NCBI RefSeq assembly: GCF_002095435.2
Contig: NZ_MJEJ02000028.1
Coordinates: 14,522 to 34,521, forward strand
Source: Williamsia sp. 1138
GTDB lineage: Bacteria; Actinomycetota; Actinomycetes; Mycobacteriales; Mycobacteriaceae
Length of the DNA stretch: 20,000 nt
Direction of reading: 5' to 3'
Shown here: piece after piece, positions 1 to 7,382 of the stretch
How positions within the stretch are numbered: the stretch's first letter is position 1
Layout of the letters: each line of letters opens with the position of its first letter
Program-made: the position numbers and the translations under genes
The notes under the pieces: generated by a model
Databases searched by the model: none
Told to the model about the DNA's origin: nothing
Seen by the model: only the letters and a program-made list of their open reading frames with translations

Positions 1-695
1 TTCTCACCGATCTCGAGAATGGTCCGGGCCACCAGCGCGAAGTGCGTCTGCCCTGATTCGAGGTAGCGGATCGCCCCGGCCAGGACAGCCGGGATCAGCA
101 CGGACAACGCCGATTCCGGAAGGGTGATCCAGGTCGTGAACAAAGCACGAAGTCCCTGCGGATCAGGTTGCCCCGCAAGCATGCCCAGATGGCTGTCCAA
201 CTCGGGTACCTGCAAGACCCGCAGCAACTCGACGGTGTCGGCGATGTCACGGAAACCCGCGAGCGCATCGAAATCGGTGAGCGCAACGACGAGTTCCGGT
301 TTGTGGTTGTCGTCGCGGTAATTGCGGTTTGCGGCACCCAGCTCGATCCCCCGCGCGTTCTCGCGGGCGAATCCCTCCTTCGCCTGCTCCAGGCTGGGAT
401 GCGCCTGCAGGGACAGCGGTTCTTCTGCAGCGAGTACCTTCAGCAAGAACGGCAGCCGACCGCCGAACCGGTCAGCACACTGTGCGCCGAGCTGACCCGC
501 GGGATCGGCGTCGATCACCTCGAGCAGCGTCGCGATGGAATCGCCGTCGTGCGCGGGCGCCGGCGCGGCCGGGTGCGCTCCGAACCACAACTCCGCTTCG
601 GGGTGGGCACTCGGGGTCGGCAGTCCACGCAGATCGGCCAGCGCTGTTCGCGACCCCCACGCATACGGTCTGACCACGCCGTCGAGCAGGCGCAT
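1..695 (-). CDS. manA: Mannose-6-phosphate isomerase, class I (N-terminal ~231 codons; the 3' end runs off the window start)
   Basis: Not in the ORF track because it is open to the window edge. My minus-strand translation from the ATG at 695..693 reads MRLLDGVVRPYAWGSRTALADLRGLPTPSAHPEAELWFGAHPAAP...GGRLPFLLKVLAAEEPLSLQAHPSLEQAKEGFARENARGIELGAANRNYRDDNHKPELVVALTDFDALAGFR. These are the type I PMI hallmarks (YAWGS, LPFLLKVL, LSLQAHP, DxNHKPE). The start shares one base with the stop of the upstream gene (TGATG). Confidence 0.9.
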   Translation of the reverse strand, partial: MRLLDGVVRPYAWGSRTALADLRGLPTPSAHPEAELWFGAHPAAPAPAHDGDSIATLLEVIDADPAGQLGAQCADRFGGRLPFLLKVLAAEEPLSLQAHPSLEQAKEGFARENARGIELGAANRNYRDDNHKPELVVALTDFDALAGFRDIADTVELLRVLQVPELDSHLGMLAGQPDPQGLRALFTTWITLPESALSVLIPAVLAGAIRYLESGQTHFALVARTILEIGE

Positions 696-1789
696 CAGCG
701 TTCCCCCACCAGTCGCAGATAGGCACCGGCCATGTCGGCCCGTAGCGCGAGGATCATCAGTGGCACAAGGTCTCCCAATCCAGGCGGGCCCGACGGCGGC
801 GCCTGCCCGGTCGGCGCTGCGGCGGGACCGCTGATCTGAATGTCGACCTCTGGCAGGGTCGCGGTGAGGCGGCGGGCAAGCCATTCCCGGTCGGGGGTGG
901 TGAGCACTTGGACTCGTACCGGTTCGGCGGCAGGGCCGTCGATCTGCGCATCGTGGAAGATCGGATCGTAGTCGACGGGCGATTCCGTGCGGTGCAGCAG
1001 CGGCCCTGCGGCCACCACGTCGTGCACATCCGTTGCCACACCGATACTTCCAGCGCTCGCGAAGAACGTCCGTGCCGCGTGTGACGCCACGGCCATACCG
1101 GCCGGGGTCTCGGCGGTCCACACGGTCGGTCTGCCGACCACACGGGCTGCGAGTTCCTTCGCCGCGTTGTGGAACATCTCGTTACCGGGGTGGTTGCCCG
1201 CCGCTTCCCGGTCGAGTTCGTCGGCCAGCTCAGGCAGCTTCGCCCGCTCGCCGGACATGCGGACCGCGTCCAAGCTGTCGAGCACTGCGACGAGCACCGA
1301 CACGTAGTGCGCGAAACGGAAACGTTCGAGCACGCGTATCCGCGGGGACATGTCGAGCACCGGCCCGCCCAACGATTCCCGCAACGGTCCCTCGAGCGGC
1401 CCGGCGACGACGACCTCGGCTTGTCTGCGACCTGCTCTCGACGCGGCCTCCGCAAGACGCGGATCACCCGCGTCGTCGCCGGCGACGACCACCACATCCA
1501 ACGGCCCGATCCACGACGGCATGGCGGCCGTCTTGATGAGCGGCACATCGATGTGCGGGCCGACCAGGGCGAGCACCAGATCCGTCGCGCGCCCGGCAGT
1601 CCCGTCGCCGCAGACGACGACGACCGCGCGAGGCCGCAGATGCCGCAACGGCTCGAGCGTGCCCTCCTCGCGCGCCGCGACAACAGCACGCACCTGCGCT
1701 CCGGCCAGCGCGGACGCGGGCAGCAGACCTTCGACGTCGGCATCCGTCAGGGCGGCGACATCGTCGAGATCGGGAGCTCCGGTCAGCAT
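695..1789 (-). CDS. Conserved SIS-domain-like protein (Rv3256c/TobH-like, glucose/mannose-6-phosphate isomerase-related)
   Basis: 364-aa track ORF with an ATG start. It sits between pmmA and manA exactly as Rv3256c does in M. tuberculosis. It contains Rossmann-like VVVCGDG...VVVAGDDAGDP segments. The function call rests on synteny and family memory, not on a catalytic motif. Confidence 0.75.
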   Translation of the reverse strand: MLTGAPDLDDVAALTDADVEGLLPASALAGAQVRAVVAAREEGTLEPLRHLRPRAVVVVCGDGTAGRATDLVLALVGPHIDVPLIKTAAMPSWIGPLDVVVVAGDDAGDPRLAEAASRAGRRQAEVVVAGPLEGPLRESLGGPVLDMSPRIRVLERFRFAHYVSVLVAVLDSLDAVRMSGERAKLPELADELDREAAGNHPGNEMFHNAAKELAARVVGRPTVWTAETPAGMAVASHAARTFFASAGSIGVATDVHDVVAAGPLLHRTESPVDYDPIFHDAQIDGPAAEPVRVQVLTTPDREWLARRLTATLPEVDIQISGPAAAPTGQAPPSGPPGLGDLVPLMILALRADMAGAYLRLVGER

Positions 1790-1877
1790 GTCACCAGCCT
1801 AGTGCTCCAAGCCGATCAGGCGGCGTCTCACACGCATTGCCACCGGCCGTCGAGGTCTGCCCGGCGACGATCTGCTC

Positions 1878-3263
1878 TCAACCCCGGACCACCCCGAGGA
1901 TTCGCTCCACCAGCGTATTCACCCTCGACGGCGACGCCGCTTCCACATTGAGACGCAGCAGCGGCTCAGTGTTCGAGGCGCGCAGATTGAACCACGATCC
2001 ATCGGTCAGGTCGACCGTCACGCCGTCCATCCTGGTGGTGCCCGCGGTCTCGTCGGCGAAATCCGCCAGCACCGCCGCGGTGCGGGCCGCCTGGTCGTCG
2101 ACCGTGGAATTGATCTCGCCCGAGTTCGAATACCGCTCGTAGCGGGCCATCATCTTCGACAGCGGCTCGTCGGAGGCACCGAGGGCGGCCAATACGTGGA
2201 GCGCGGCGAGCAGACCTGAGTCGGCACCCCAGAATTCGCGGAAATAGTAATGGGCCGAATGCTCCCCGCCGAAGACCGCGCCCGTCTCGGCCATCTGTTG
2301 CTTGATGAACGAATGACCAACTCGCGTGACCACCGGCGTACCGCCCAACTCGCGGACGAGTTCGGGAACCGCCCGTGAGGTGATCAGATTGTGGATCACG
2401 GAGGCGCCGGGGTTCTTCGCGAGTTCGCGCTCGGCCACGAGCGCGGTCACCGCCGACGGCGACACCGGTTCGCCCAGCTCATCGACCACAAAGCAGCGGT
2501 CCGCGTCACCATCGAACGCCAACCCGATGTCGGCGCCCGTCTCTGTGACATAGGCCTGCAGGTCGATCAGATTCTTGGGATCGAGTGGATTCGCCTCATG
2601 GTTGGGAAAGGTTCCGTCGAGCTCGAAGTAGAGTGGCCGTACGGTGAACACCTCGCAACCGCCGAGGACCACCGGAACTGTGTGACCTCCCATGCCATTG
2701 CCCGCATCGACGGCGACCGTCAAGTGCCGCAGACCGGAAAGATCGACGAGCTTGTGCAGAAACGCCGCATAGTCCGCGAGTACGTCGCGCTCGGTGAGGG
2801 TTCCCCTGGTGACCTCCGGCGCGGATACTCCATTGACCAGTTCCGCCGAGATGGTGGCGAGACCGGAGTCCTGGCCGACCGGTTTGGCGCCTGCCCGACA
2901 CAACTTGATGCCGTTGTAACTCGCGGGGTTGTGACTCGCGGTGAACATCGCTCCGGGTCGGTCGAGATCGCCCGATGCGAAGTAGAGCTGATCGGTGGAA
3001 GCCAGACCGATCATCGTCACGTCCAGCCCCTCGGCCAGCGCGCCATCGGCAAACGCCGCGGCGAGTACCGGCGACGACTCACGCATGTCGTGACCGATCA
3101 CCAGGGCGCTCTGTCCTTCGGCCCGCATCAGACGCGCGAACGAAGCGCCCACCGCACTGACGAAATCCTCGTCGATCTGACTCCCGACCAGTCCACGCAC
3201 GTCGTAGGCCTTGATGACAGCGCTCACGAGCTCGGAACTGAAGACCTTGGCGGGACCACTCAC
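1878..3263 (-). CDS. pmmA: Phosphomannomutase/phosphoglucomutase (alpha-D-phosphohexomutase family)
   Basis: Active-site serine loop TASHNPASYNGIK, Mg-binding loop AFDGDADRCF, sugar-binding GGEHSAHYYF, and N-terminal VIKAYDVRG. The track ORF starts at the ATG at 3284. However, an in-frame GTG at 3263 is preceded by a perfect AAGGAG seven nt upstream (ATGACAAGAAGGAGCCAACCTGTG), so I prefer 3263; 3284 is the alternative. Confidence 0.93.
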   Translation of the reverse strand: MSGPAKVFSSELVSAVIKAYDVRGLVGSQIDEDFVSAVGASFARLMRAEGQSALVIGHDMRESSPVLAAAFADGALAEGLDVTMIGLASTDQLYFASGDLDRPGAMFTASHNPASYNGIKLCRAGAKPVGQDSGLATISAELVNGVSAPEVTRGTLTERDVLADYAAFLHKLVDLSGLRHLTVAVDAGNGMGGHTVPVVLGGCEVFTVRPLYFELDGTFPNHEANPLDPKNLIDLQAYVTETGADIGLAFDGDADRCFVVDELGEPVSPSAVTALVAERELAKNPGASVIHNLITSRAVPELVRELGGTPVVTRVGHSFIKQQMAETGAVFGGEHSAHYYFREFWGADSGLLAALHVLAALGASDEPLSKMMARYERYSNSGEINSTVDDQAARTAAVLADFADETAGTTRMDGVTVDLTDGSWFNLRASNTEPLLRLNVEAASPSRVNTLVERILGVVRG

Positions 3264-3301
3264 AGGTTGGCTCCTTCTTGTCATGTGCGGGTGCGTGATC
3301 G

Positions 3302-3318
3302 GGGACTCGAAGAGTCCC
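3302..3318. repeat. Inverted repeat GGGACT-cgaag-AGTCCC in the pmmA / PAP2 divergent spacer. An alternative outer pairing is GTGCGGG 3285-3291 with CCCGCAC 3316-3322.
   Basis: Read directly from the sequence. 6-bp arms and a 5-nt loop, lying between two divergently transcribed genes. Its function (operator or hairpin) is not established. Confidence 0.4.
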
Positions 3319-3400
3319 GCACGTGTTCAACCCTAGTCGGGTCGGGGTCCGCTTTCAGTGCCGCGCGAGAGATCGCGGGCAGCGGAGTCGCCGGACAACC

Positions 3401-4639
3401 ATGACCGAACTGCAAAGTCAGCACACCGAGGACCCGACGCCATCCTGGTACTCCCGGGTGCGTTTCGCCGAGTTCACCGCGGCGCGCTTCGGGGCCACCA
3501 AACTCAACCTGGTCCTCGTGCGCCGGGTGACCGTGACGATCTGGGCGCTCACGCTCCTGGTACTGCTCAGCACCAGGACGATGTCGTTCAGCAGGTCGTA
3601 CGTCCTGCTCGCCATCGCGATCGGACTCGCGGCAGCCTCGATCGGGCGCCGCAACATCTTGTCTGTCGTCCGCGACTGGCTACCGTTCGGCATCCTCCTG
3701 GCGATCTACGACTCCACCCGTGGCATCGCGGCATTCCTGGGGATGCCGACGCAGTGGGCATGGCCGGTCGATGCGGATCGCTGGATGTTCGGTGTCGTGC
3801 CGACCGTCTGGTTGCAAGAACACCTCAAGATGTCCGAGCCCCAGTGGTGGGAAGTCATCACCAGCGCCGTCTACATGTCGTATTTCATCGTCCCGTACGC
3901 GTTGGCCGGCTACCTCTGGCTACGCGATCGGATTCAGTGGAAGAAGTTCGTCCTGCGCTTCATCGCGATCTTCTTCCTGGGGCTGATCGGGTACATCATG
4001 GTCCCCGCGGCGCCACCATGGGCCGCGGCGAAGTGCACCACGGCAGAAGTCGTGGACGGCCCGGCCTTTCCGCCGTGCATCACCGAGCCGGTCCAGGACG
4101 CTCCCGGCGGCGGACTCCTCGGCCCGGTGGAGCCGACCAACCCCGGCGCGGCGCCCTACACCGAACGGATCTCGAGCCGCGGCTGGGATGTCTTGCACTT
4201 CGGCCCGGTCCGGACAGTTCTCGAACAGGGGCAGGAGAAGTCCAACCAGGTGGCGGCGATCCCGTCGCTGCATGCGGGTGTGACCGCGCTGCTCGCGATG
4301 TTCATGTGGTCACGCACCAAGACCCTCGGCCGGACGCTGTTCACCGGCTATGCGCTCATCATGGCGTTCACGCTCGTCTATTCGGCGGAGCACTATGTGA
4401 TCGACGTGCTGCTCGGCTGGGGCCTGGCCGCTCTGGTGATGATCGGCAGCAACTATGGCGAAAAAGCGTGGTACCGGCGTAAGGCCAGGAAAGCCGTCGA
4501 CAAGCCGGAGGCCGGGATGGTCGAGCTGGCAACCGCTGCGATGAGGACGCCGGGTGAACTCAGTCGACCGGATCAGGCAGGACTCGAAGATGTCCCCGGC
4601 GGCCGGGTCGTGGGCGGGGAAGCGGATCGGGCCCGCTGA
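3401..4639 (+). CDS. Polytopic membrane protein of the PAP2 superfamily (PAP2_3 / inositol-phosphorylceramide-synthase-like)
   Basis: Multiple hydrophobic helices. PAP2-type C2/C3 motifs: AAIPSLHAG (PSxH) and YSAEHYVIDVLLGW (HxxxD, resembling the HYTxDV motif of IPC/sphingomyelin synthases). The track ORF begins at GTG 3323. I prefer the ATG at 3401 (MTELQSQ...), which has GGAG at 3384-3387, since the preceding codons look non-coding. Confidence 0.8.
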   Translation: MTELQSQHTEDPTPSWYSRVRFAEFTAARFGATKLNLVLVRRVTVTIWALTLLVLLSTRTMSFSRSYVLLAIAIGLAAASIGRRNILSVVRDWLPFGILLAIYDSTRGIAAFLGMPTQWAWPVDADRWMFGVVPTVWLQEHLKMSEPQWWEVITSAVYMSYFIVPYALAGYLWLRDRIQWKKFVLRFIAIFFLGLIGYIMVPAAPPWAAAKCTTAEVVDGPAFPPCITEPVQDAPGGGLLGPVEPTNPGAAPYTERISSRGWDVLHFGPVRTVLEQGQEKSNQVAAIPSLHAGVTALLAMFMWSRTKTLGRTLFTGYALIMAFTLVYSAEHYVIDVLLGWGLAALVMIGSNYGEKAWYRRKARKAVDKPEAGMVELATAAMRTPGELSRPDQAGLEDVPGGRVVGGEADRAR

Positions 4640-4997
4640 GGGACTCCTCGCGACGACCGTGTGAGCGGATGCGCGGTCCGGATGCGTCGGACGAGGCGAC
4701 CGGAGCCGACCGCGGAACCAAACCGCCGCCCGAGGCCTCACGCACGACGTCGGCCAACGCGGTCAGATCGTCCTCGTCGCGTAGCGGCGGGGCGAACCCG
4801 CCCTCGCTGCGCAGCATCTCCCAGCCCCGCGGAACGGTGATCCGCGTTGCGTGGGTATCGCACAGATCCCAGGAGTGCGGTTCGGCCGATGTGGCCAGCG
4901 GCCCGACGACAGCGGTGGAATCTGAATACACAAAAGTCAGGGTTGCCACAGCCGGATTGGCGCAGCCGGGCCTGGAACACTGACGTGGGAGCCTCAC
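4560..4997 (-). CDS. DUF3499-family protein (Rv3258c-like)
   Basis: RQCSRPGCANPAVATLTFVYSDSTAVVGPLATSAEPHSWDLCDTHA is the conserved DUF3499 N-terminal zinc-ribbon-like core, in the same position as Rv3258c. The track start is GTG 5042. Homologues begin about 6 residues before CSRxGC, which favours GTG 4997 (VRLPRQCSRPGC). The 3' end overlaps the convergent PAP2 gene by 80 nt. Confidence 0.8.
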   Translation of the reverse strand: MRLPRQCSRPGCANPAVATLTFVYSDSTAVVGPLATSAEPHSWDLCDTHATRITVPRGWEMLRSEGGFAPPLRDEDDLTALADVVREASGGGLVPRSAPVASSDASGPRIRSHGRREESLSGPDPLPRPRPGRRGHLRVLPDPVD

Positions 4998-5004
4998 GGT
5001 AGGA

Positions 5005-5010
5005 AGATTA
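5005..5010 (-). promoter_or_regulatory. Candidate -10 hexamer TAATCT, 7 nt upstream of GTG 4997 (would give a leaderless DUF3499 mRNA)
   Basis: The minus strand reads GGGATAATCTtcctaccGTG. This matches the TANNNT pattern at the spacing typical of actinobacterial leaderless transcripts. There is no SD before this GTG. This is pattern-level evidence only. Confidence 0.25.
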
Positions 5011-5072
5011 TCCCGACCACGCGGCGGGTCGAAGCAGGACACACCGCAGCCGACTGCTTAGACTTGCGGTCT

Positions 5073-5576
5073 ATGGCTCACATTCGACCTCCGCAGGCCC
5101 GCCCACGGCGTCGCCGTAGTGGTCGCGGTGTTCCGCGGGTCAGGGATCGTCGTGGTCGTGGGTTGCGGTCGACTCTGCTCCCGCCGCATGTGCCCGCGTG
5201 GACGAGTCGGGCCCAGAGCTTCGACGCGATGGTTCTCGAGGCATTCGCCGAGATCGATGCCCGGTGGCACAGTCGGCTGACCGGATTGGACCTGGCTGTC
5301 GACGACGTGCCGCGAATGTTGCCGAGGGATCCGGACACGGTTCAGTGGCCCGCGGAGGTCACCGCAGATGGACCCATCCCCCTTGCCAGGCTCATCCCGT
5401 CCGGCATGGACTCGGCGGGCAGGGCCACGAAGGCACGGATTCTGCTGTTTCGCAGACCGCTGGAGAGCCGCGCGACGAAGGGTGCAGATTTGCTGGACCT
5501 GATCCATGAGGTGCTGGTCCAGCAGGTGGCAGCACACCTGGGTGTCGACGAAGACACCATCGACCCGCCACAATGA
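5073..5576 (+). CDS. Conserved actinobacterial protein, Rv3259-like (family usually annotated as metallopeptidase-family; the HExxH motif is degenerate here)
   Basis: LLPPHVPAWTSRAQSFDAMVLEAFAEIDARWHSRL...VQWPAEVTADGPIPLARLIPSG...ARILLFRRPLESRA...LIHEVLVQQVAAHLGV closely parallels my recollection of Rv3259. Position is divergent from DUF3499 and convergent with whiB2. The start is uncertain: TTG 5064 (track), ATG 5073, or TTG 5163, which would match the M. tuberculosis N-terminus (LRSTLLPP). Confidence 0.75.
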   Translation: MAHIRPPQARPRRRRSGRGVPRVRDRRGRGLRSTLLPPHVPAWTSRAQSFDAMVLEAFAEIDARWHSRLTGLDLAVDDVPRMLPRDPDTVQWPAEVTADGPIPLARLIPSGMDSAGRATKARILLFRRPLESRATKGADLLDLIHEVLVQQVAAHLGVDEDTIDPPQ

Positions 5577-5590
5577 CGTAGCGGGGATGA

Positions 5591-5620
5591 GTGCCGCACG
5601 CTCAAGAGTTGTTGCGGTAC
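5591..5620. terminator. Candidate bidirectional hairpin between the convergent Rv3259-like and whiB2 genes
   Basis: GTGCCGCA (5591-5598) pairs with TGCGGTAC (5613-5620): 8 bp including one G-U pair, with a 14-nt loop. It lies in the 65-nt spacer between the two stop codons. There is no U-tract on either side, so it is not a canonical intrinsic terminator. Confidence 0.3.
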
Positions 5621-5641
5621 AACGAGTTCAGACTTCGAAAA

Positions 5642-5998
5642 TCAAACGATGCCGCGCTTGATACGCCGGCGCTCGCGTTCGGACAACCCGCCCCAGATAC
5701 CGAACCGCTCGTCCTTGTGCAGGGCGTACTCGAGGCATTCCGAACGCACCTCGCAGCCCTGGCAGATGCGTTTTGCTTCCCGCGTCGATCCACCCTTTTC
5801 CGGGAAGAAGGCCTCCGGGTCGGTCTGTGCGCACAGCGCACGATCCTGCCACTGATCTTCGATGTCTTCGAACATATCGTCGAATGCGGAAGTGACCAGG
5901 CTCAGGCGAGGTCGATCATCTAGTTGGTCTTCGGTTGCGTTCGATTGCGAATCGACTTGCGGTTCAAGGCTGTTGGTAGCCACGTGTTCAAGAGCCAT
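5642..5998 (-). CDS. whiB2: WhiB-family [4Fe-4S] transcription factor, WhiB2/WhmD type
   Basis: Four-Cys motif C-x23-C-x2-C-x5-C (CAQTDPEAFFPEKGGSTREAKRICQGCEVRSEC), followed by GIWGG and a basic tail RRRIKRGIV. It has the acidic N-terminal extension typical of WhiB2. The ATG is preceded by GAGGAGG. It sits upstream of and divergent from fbiA, as Rv3260c does. Confidence 0.95.
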   Translation of the reverse strand: MALEHVATNSLEPQVDSQSNATEDQLDDRPRLSLVTSAFDDMFEDIEDQWQDRALCAQTDPEAFFPEKGGSTREAKRICQGCEVRSECLEYALHKDERFGIWGGLSERERRRIKRGIV

Positions 5999-6055
5999 CG
6001 TCCCGCCTCCTCATCTCACTTCGAATTGTGCAGTTGGTCAATCTGATTCGAACAA

Positions 6056-6067
6056 GTGATCGATCAC
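6056..6067. promoter_or_regulatory. Perfect 12-bp palindrome GTGATCGATCAC upstream of whiB2
   Basis: Read directly. About 60 nt upstream of the whiB2 ATG. Candidate operator; the binding protein is unknown. Confidence 0.4.
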
Positions 6068-6245
6068 CAAGTCCTGCAACAATTCTCGCTGTCAAAACTT
6101 GGAATGACACTGATGTGATTAGACACGGTTTCAGGTGCCCAGGTCAAGCTCAGCGGGAAATTGCTTTATCACCCTCGCTGCCGATTCCTGAGTCTCGACA
6201 CGGGGTTGATGCACAAATCGCCACCGAAAAGTGCACCCAAGAGTA

Positions 6246-6258
6246 TCGAACAGTTCGA
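6246..6258. promoter_or_regulatory. Perfect 13-bp palindrome TCGAAC-A-GTTCGA
   Basis: Read directly. About 105 nt upstream of the fbiA GTG. The half-sites equal mycobacterial LexA half-sites, but the spacer is 1 nt rather than 4 (see the rejected items). Confidence 0.4.
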
Positions 6259-6362
6259 ACACACCCCGAACTCCGGTCGTACTCCCGACACCCCTGTGGT
6301 CAACGTTACGTGTAGTCGGCTCGGTGCGAGGCACTTCGGAAGACCGCCTACCCTGGTTCCCT

Positions 6363-7382
6363 GTGAAGGTGACGGTTCTCGTCGGTGGCGTCGGTGGCGC
6401 CCGGTTTTTACAAGGGGTACGCGAGCTTTTGGGACCCACCGCATTCCCAGAGGTGCTCGCGTCCGGACGCGTCCCGTCTCCGCATGAGGTGACGGCGATC
6501 GTGAACGTCGGCGATGACGCGTGGATGCACGGGGTGAGGATCTGTCCTGACCTCGACACCTGCATGTACACCCTCGGTGACGGCATCGACCCCGAGCGGG
6601 GCTGGGGCCGGCGGGCGGAAACCTGGCACGCCAAGGAGGAATTGGCCGCCTACGGCGCTGATCCGGATTGGTTCGGCCTGGGCGACCGCGATCTGGCCAC
6701 CCACCTCATCCGGACCCAGATGCTCGACGCGGGATACCGCCTCAGCGACATCACCGCCGCACTGTGCAAACGATGGGATCCAGGTGTGCGACTGCTGCCG
6801 GCCACCGACGACCGCCACGAGACGCACGTGGTCGTGACCCGGCCGGGCAGCGGCGACGCCGCAACCGAAGAAAAGGTGGCCATCCATTTTCAGGAGTGGT
6901 GGGTTCGGTACCGCGCCCAGATACCGACCGACGGTTTCGCCCAGGTGGGTTCTGACGACGCGAAGGCCGCCCCCGGCGTGCTCGAGGCGATCGCCGACGC
7001 CGACATCATCCTGATGGCGCCGTCGAACCCTGTCGTGAGCGTGGGCGCCATCCTGTCGGTTCCCGGTGTGCGCGGCGCGTTGCGGACCACGAGCGCGCCC
7101 GTGGTCGGCATCTCCCCCATCATCGACAATCGTCCACTGCGCGGCATGGCCGATGAATGTCTGTCGGTCATAGGTGTCGAGACGACGGCCGAAGCGGTCG
7201 GGCGGCACTACGGCGCCCGGTCGGAGAACGGGGTGCTCGACGGCTGGCTCATCGCCACCGGCGACACCGCCGACGTGCCCGGTGTCGCGGTACAGTCCGT
7301 ACCCCTGCTGATGACCGATCCGGCCACGACCGCCCAGATGGTCCGCGCGGCCTGCGATCTCGTCGGTGTGTCCTATGAGTGA
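6363..7382 (+). CDS. fbiA: F420 biosynthesis 2-phospho-L-lactate / enolpyruvyl-diphospho-guanosine transferase (CofD/FbiA)
   Basis: [19 protein letters not shown]...[26 protein letters not shown]...[15 protein letters not shown]...[18 protein letters not shown] are CofD hallmarks. The track ORF (6231) is over-extended through low-GC3 codons. GTG 6363 reproduces the MKVTVL N-terminus of Rv3261. Confidence 0.93.
   Translation: MKVTVLVGGVGGARFLQGVRELLGPTAFPEVLASGRVPSPHEVTAIVNVGDDAWMHGVRICPDLDTCMYTLGDGIDPERGWGRRAETWHAKEELAAYGADPDWFGLGDRDLATHLIRTQMLDAGYRLSDITAALCKRWDPGVRLLPATDDRHETHVVVTRPGSGDAATEEKVAIHFQEWWVRYRAQIPTDGFAQVGSDDAKAAPGVLEAIADADIILMAPSNPVVSVGAILSVPGVRGALRTTSAPVVGISPIIDNRPLRGMADECLSVIGVETTAEAVGRHYGARSENGVLDGWLIATGDTADVPGVAVQSVPLLMTDPATTAQMVRAACDLVGVSYE

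Larger units (their letters stand above)
5999..6362. promoter_or_regulatory. whiB2 / fbiA divergent control region (about 360 nt, visibly lower GC than its flanks)
   Basis: There is no credible ORF: the 95-aa track ORF 6028-6315 has A/T-rich third positions. The region contains several perfect palindromes, repeated TCGAAC hexamers, and a consensus TTGACA on the whiB2 strand (6095..6090) with no matching -10 at 17 nt. Confidence 0.6.

Noticed and set aside
6115-6130. CRP/cAMP-receptor site (TGTGA-N6-TCACA) upstream of whiB2
   Set aside because: Only the left half-site TGTGA is present; the right half reads ACGGT. This is insufficient for a call.
6246-6258. Possible LexA SOS box (TCGAAC...GTTCGA half-sites)
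   Set aside because: The mycobacterial and Gram-positive SOS box needs a 4-nt spacer (GAAC-N4-GTTC). Here the spacer is a single nucleotide, so it does not fit LexA geometry. I keep it only as an unassigned palindrome.
6028-6315. 95-aa ORF (+) inside the whiB2 upstream region
   Set aside because: Third codon positions are A/T-rich (aat, att, cga, aca, agt, gat, tca...), unlike every real gene here. It has no SD and no recognisable protein features. I treat the region as regulatory DNA.
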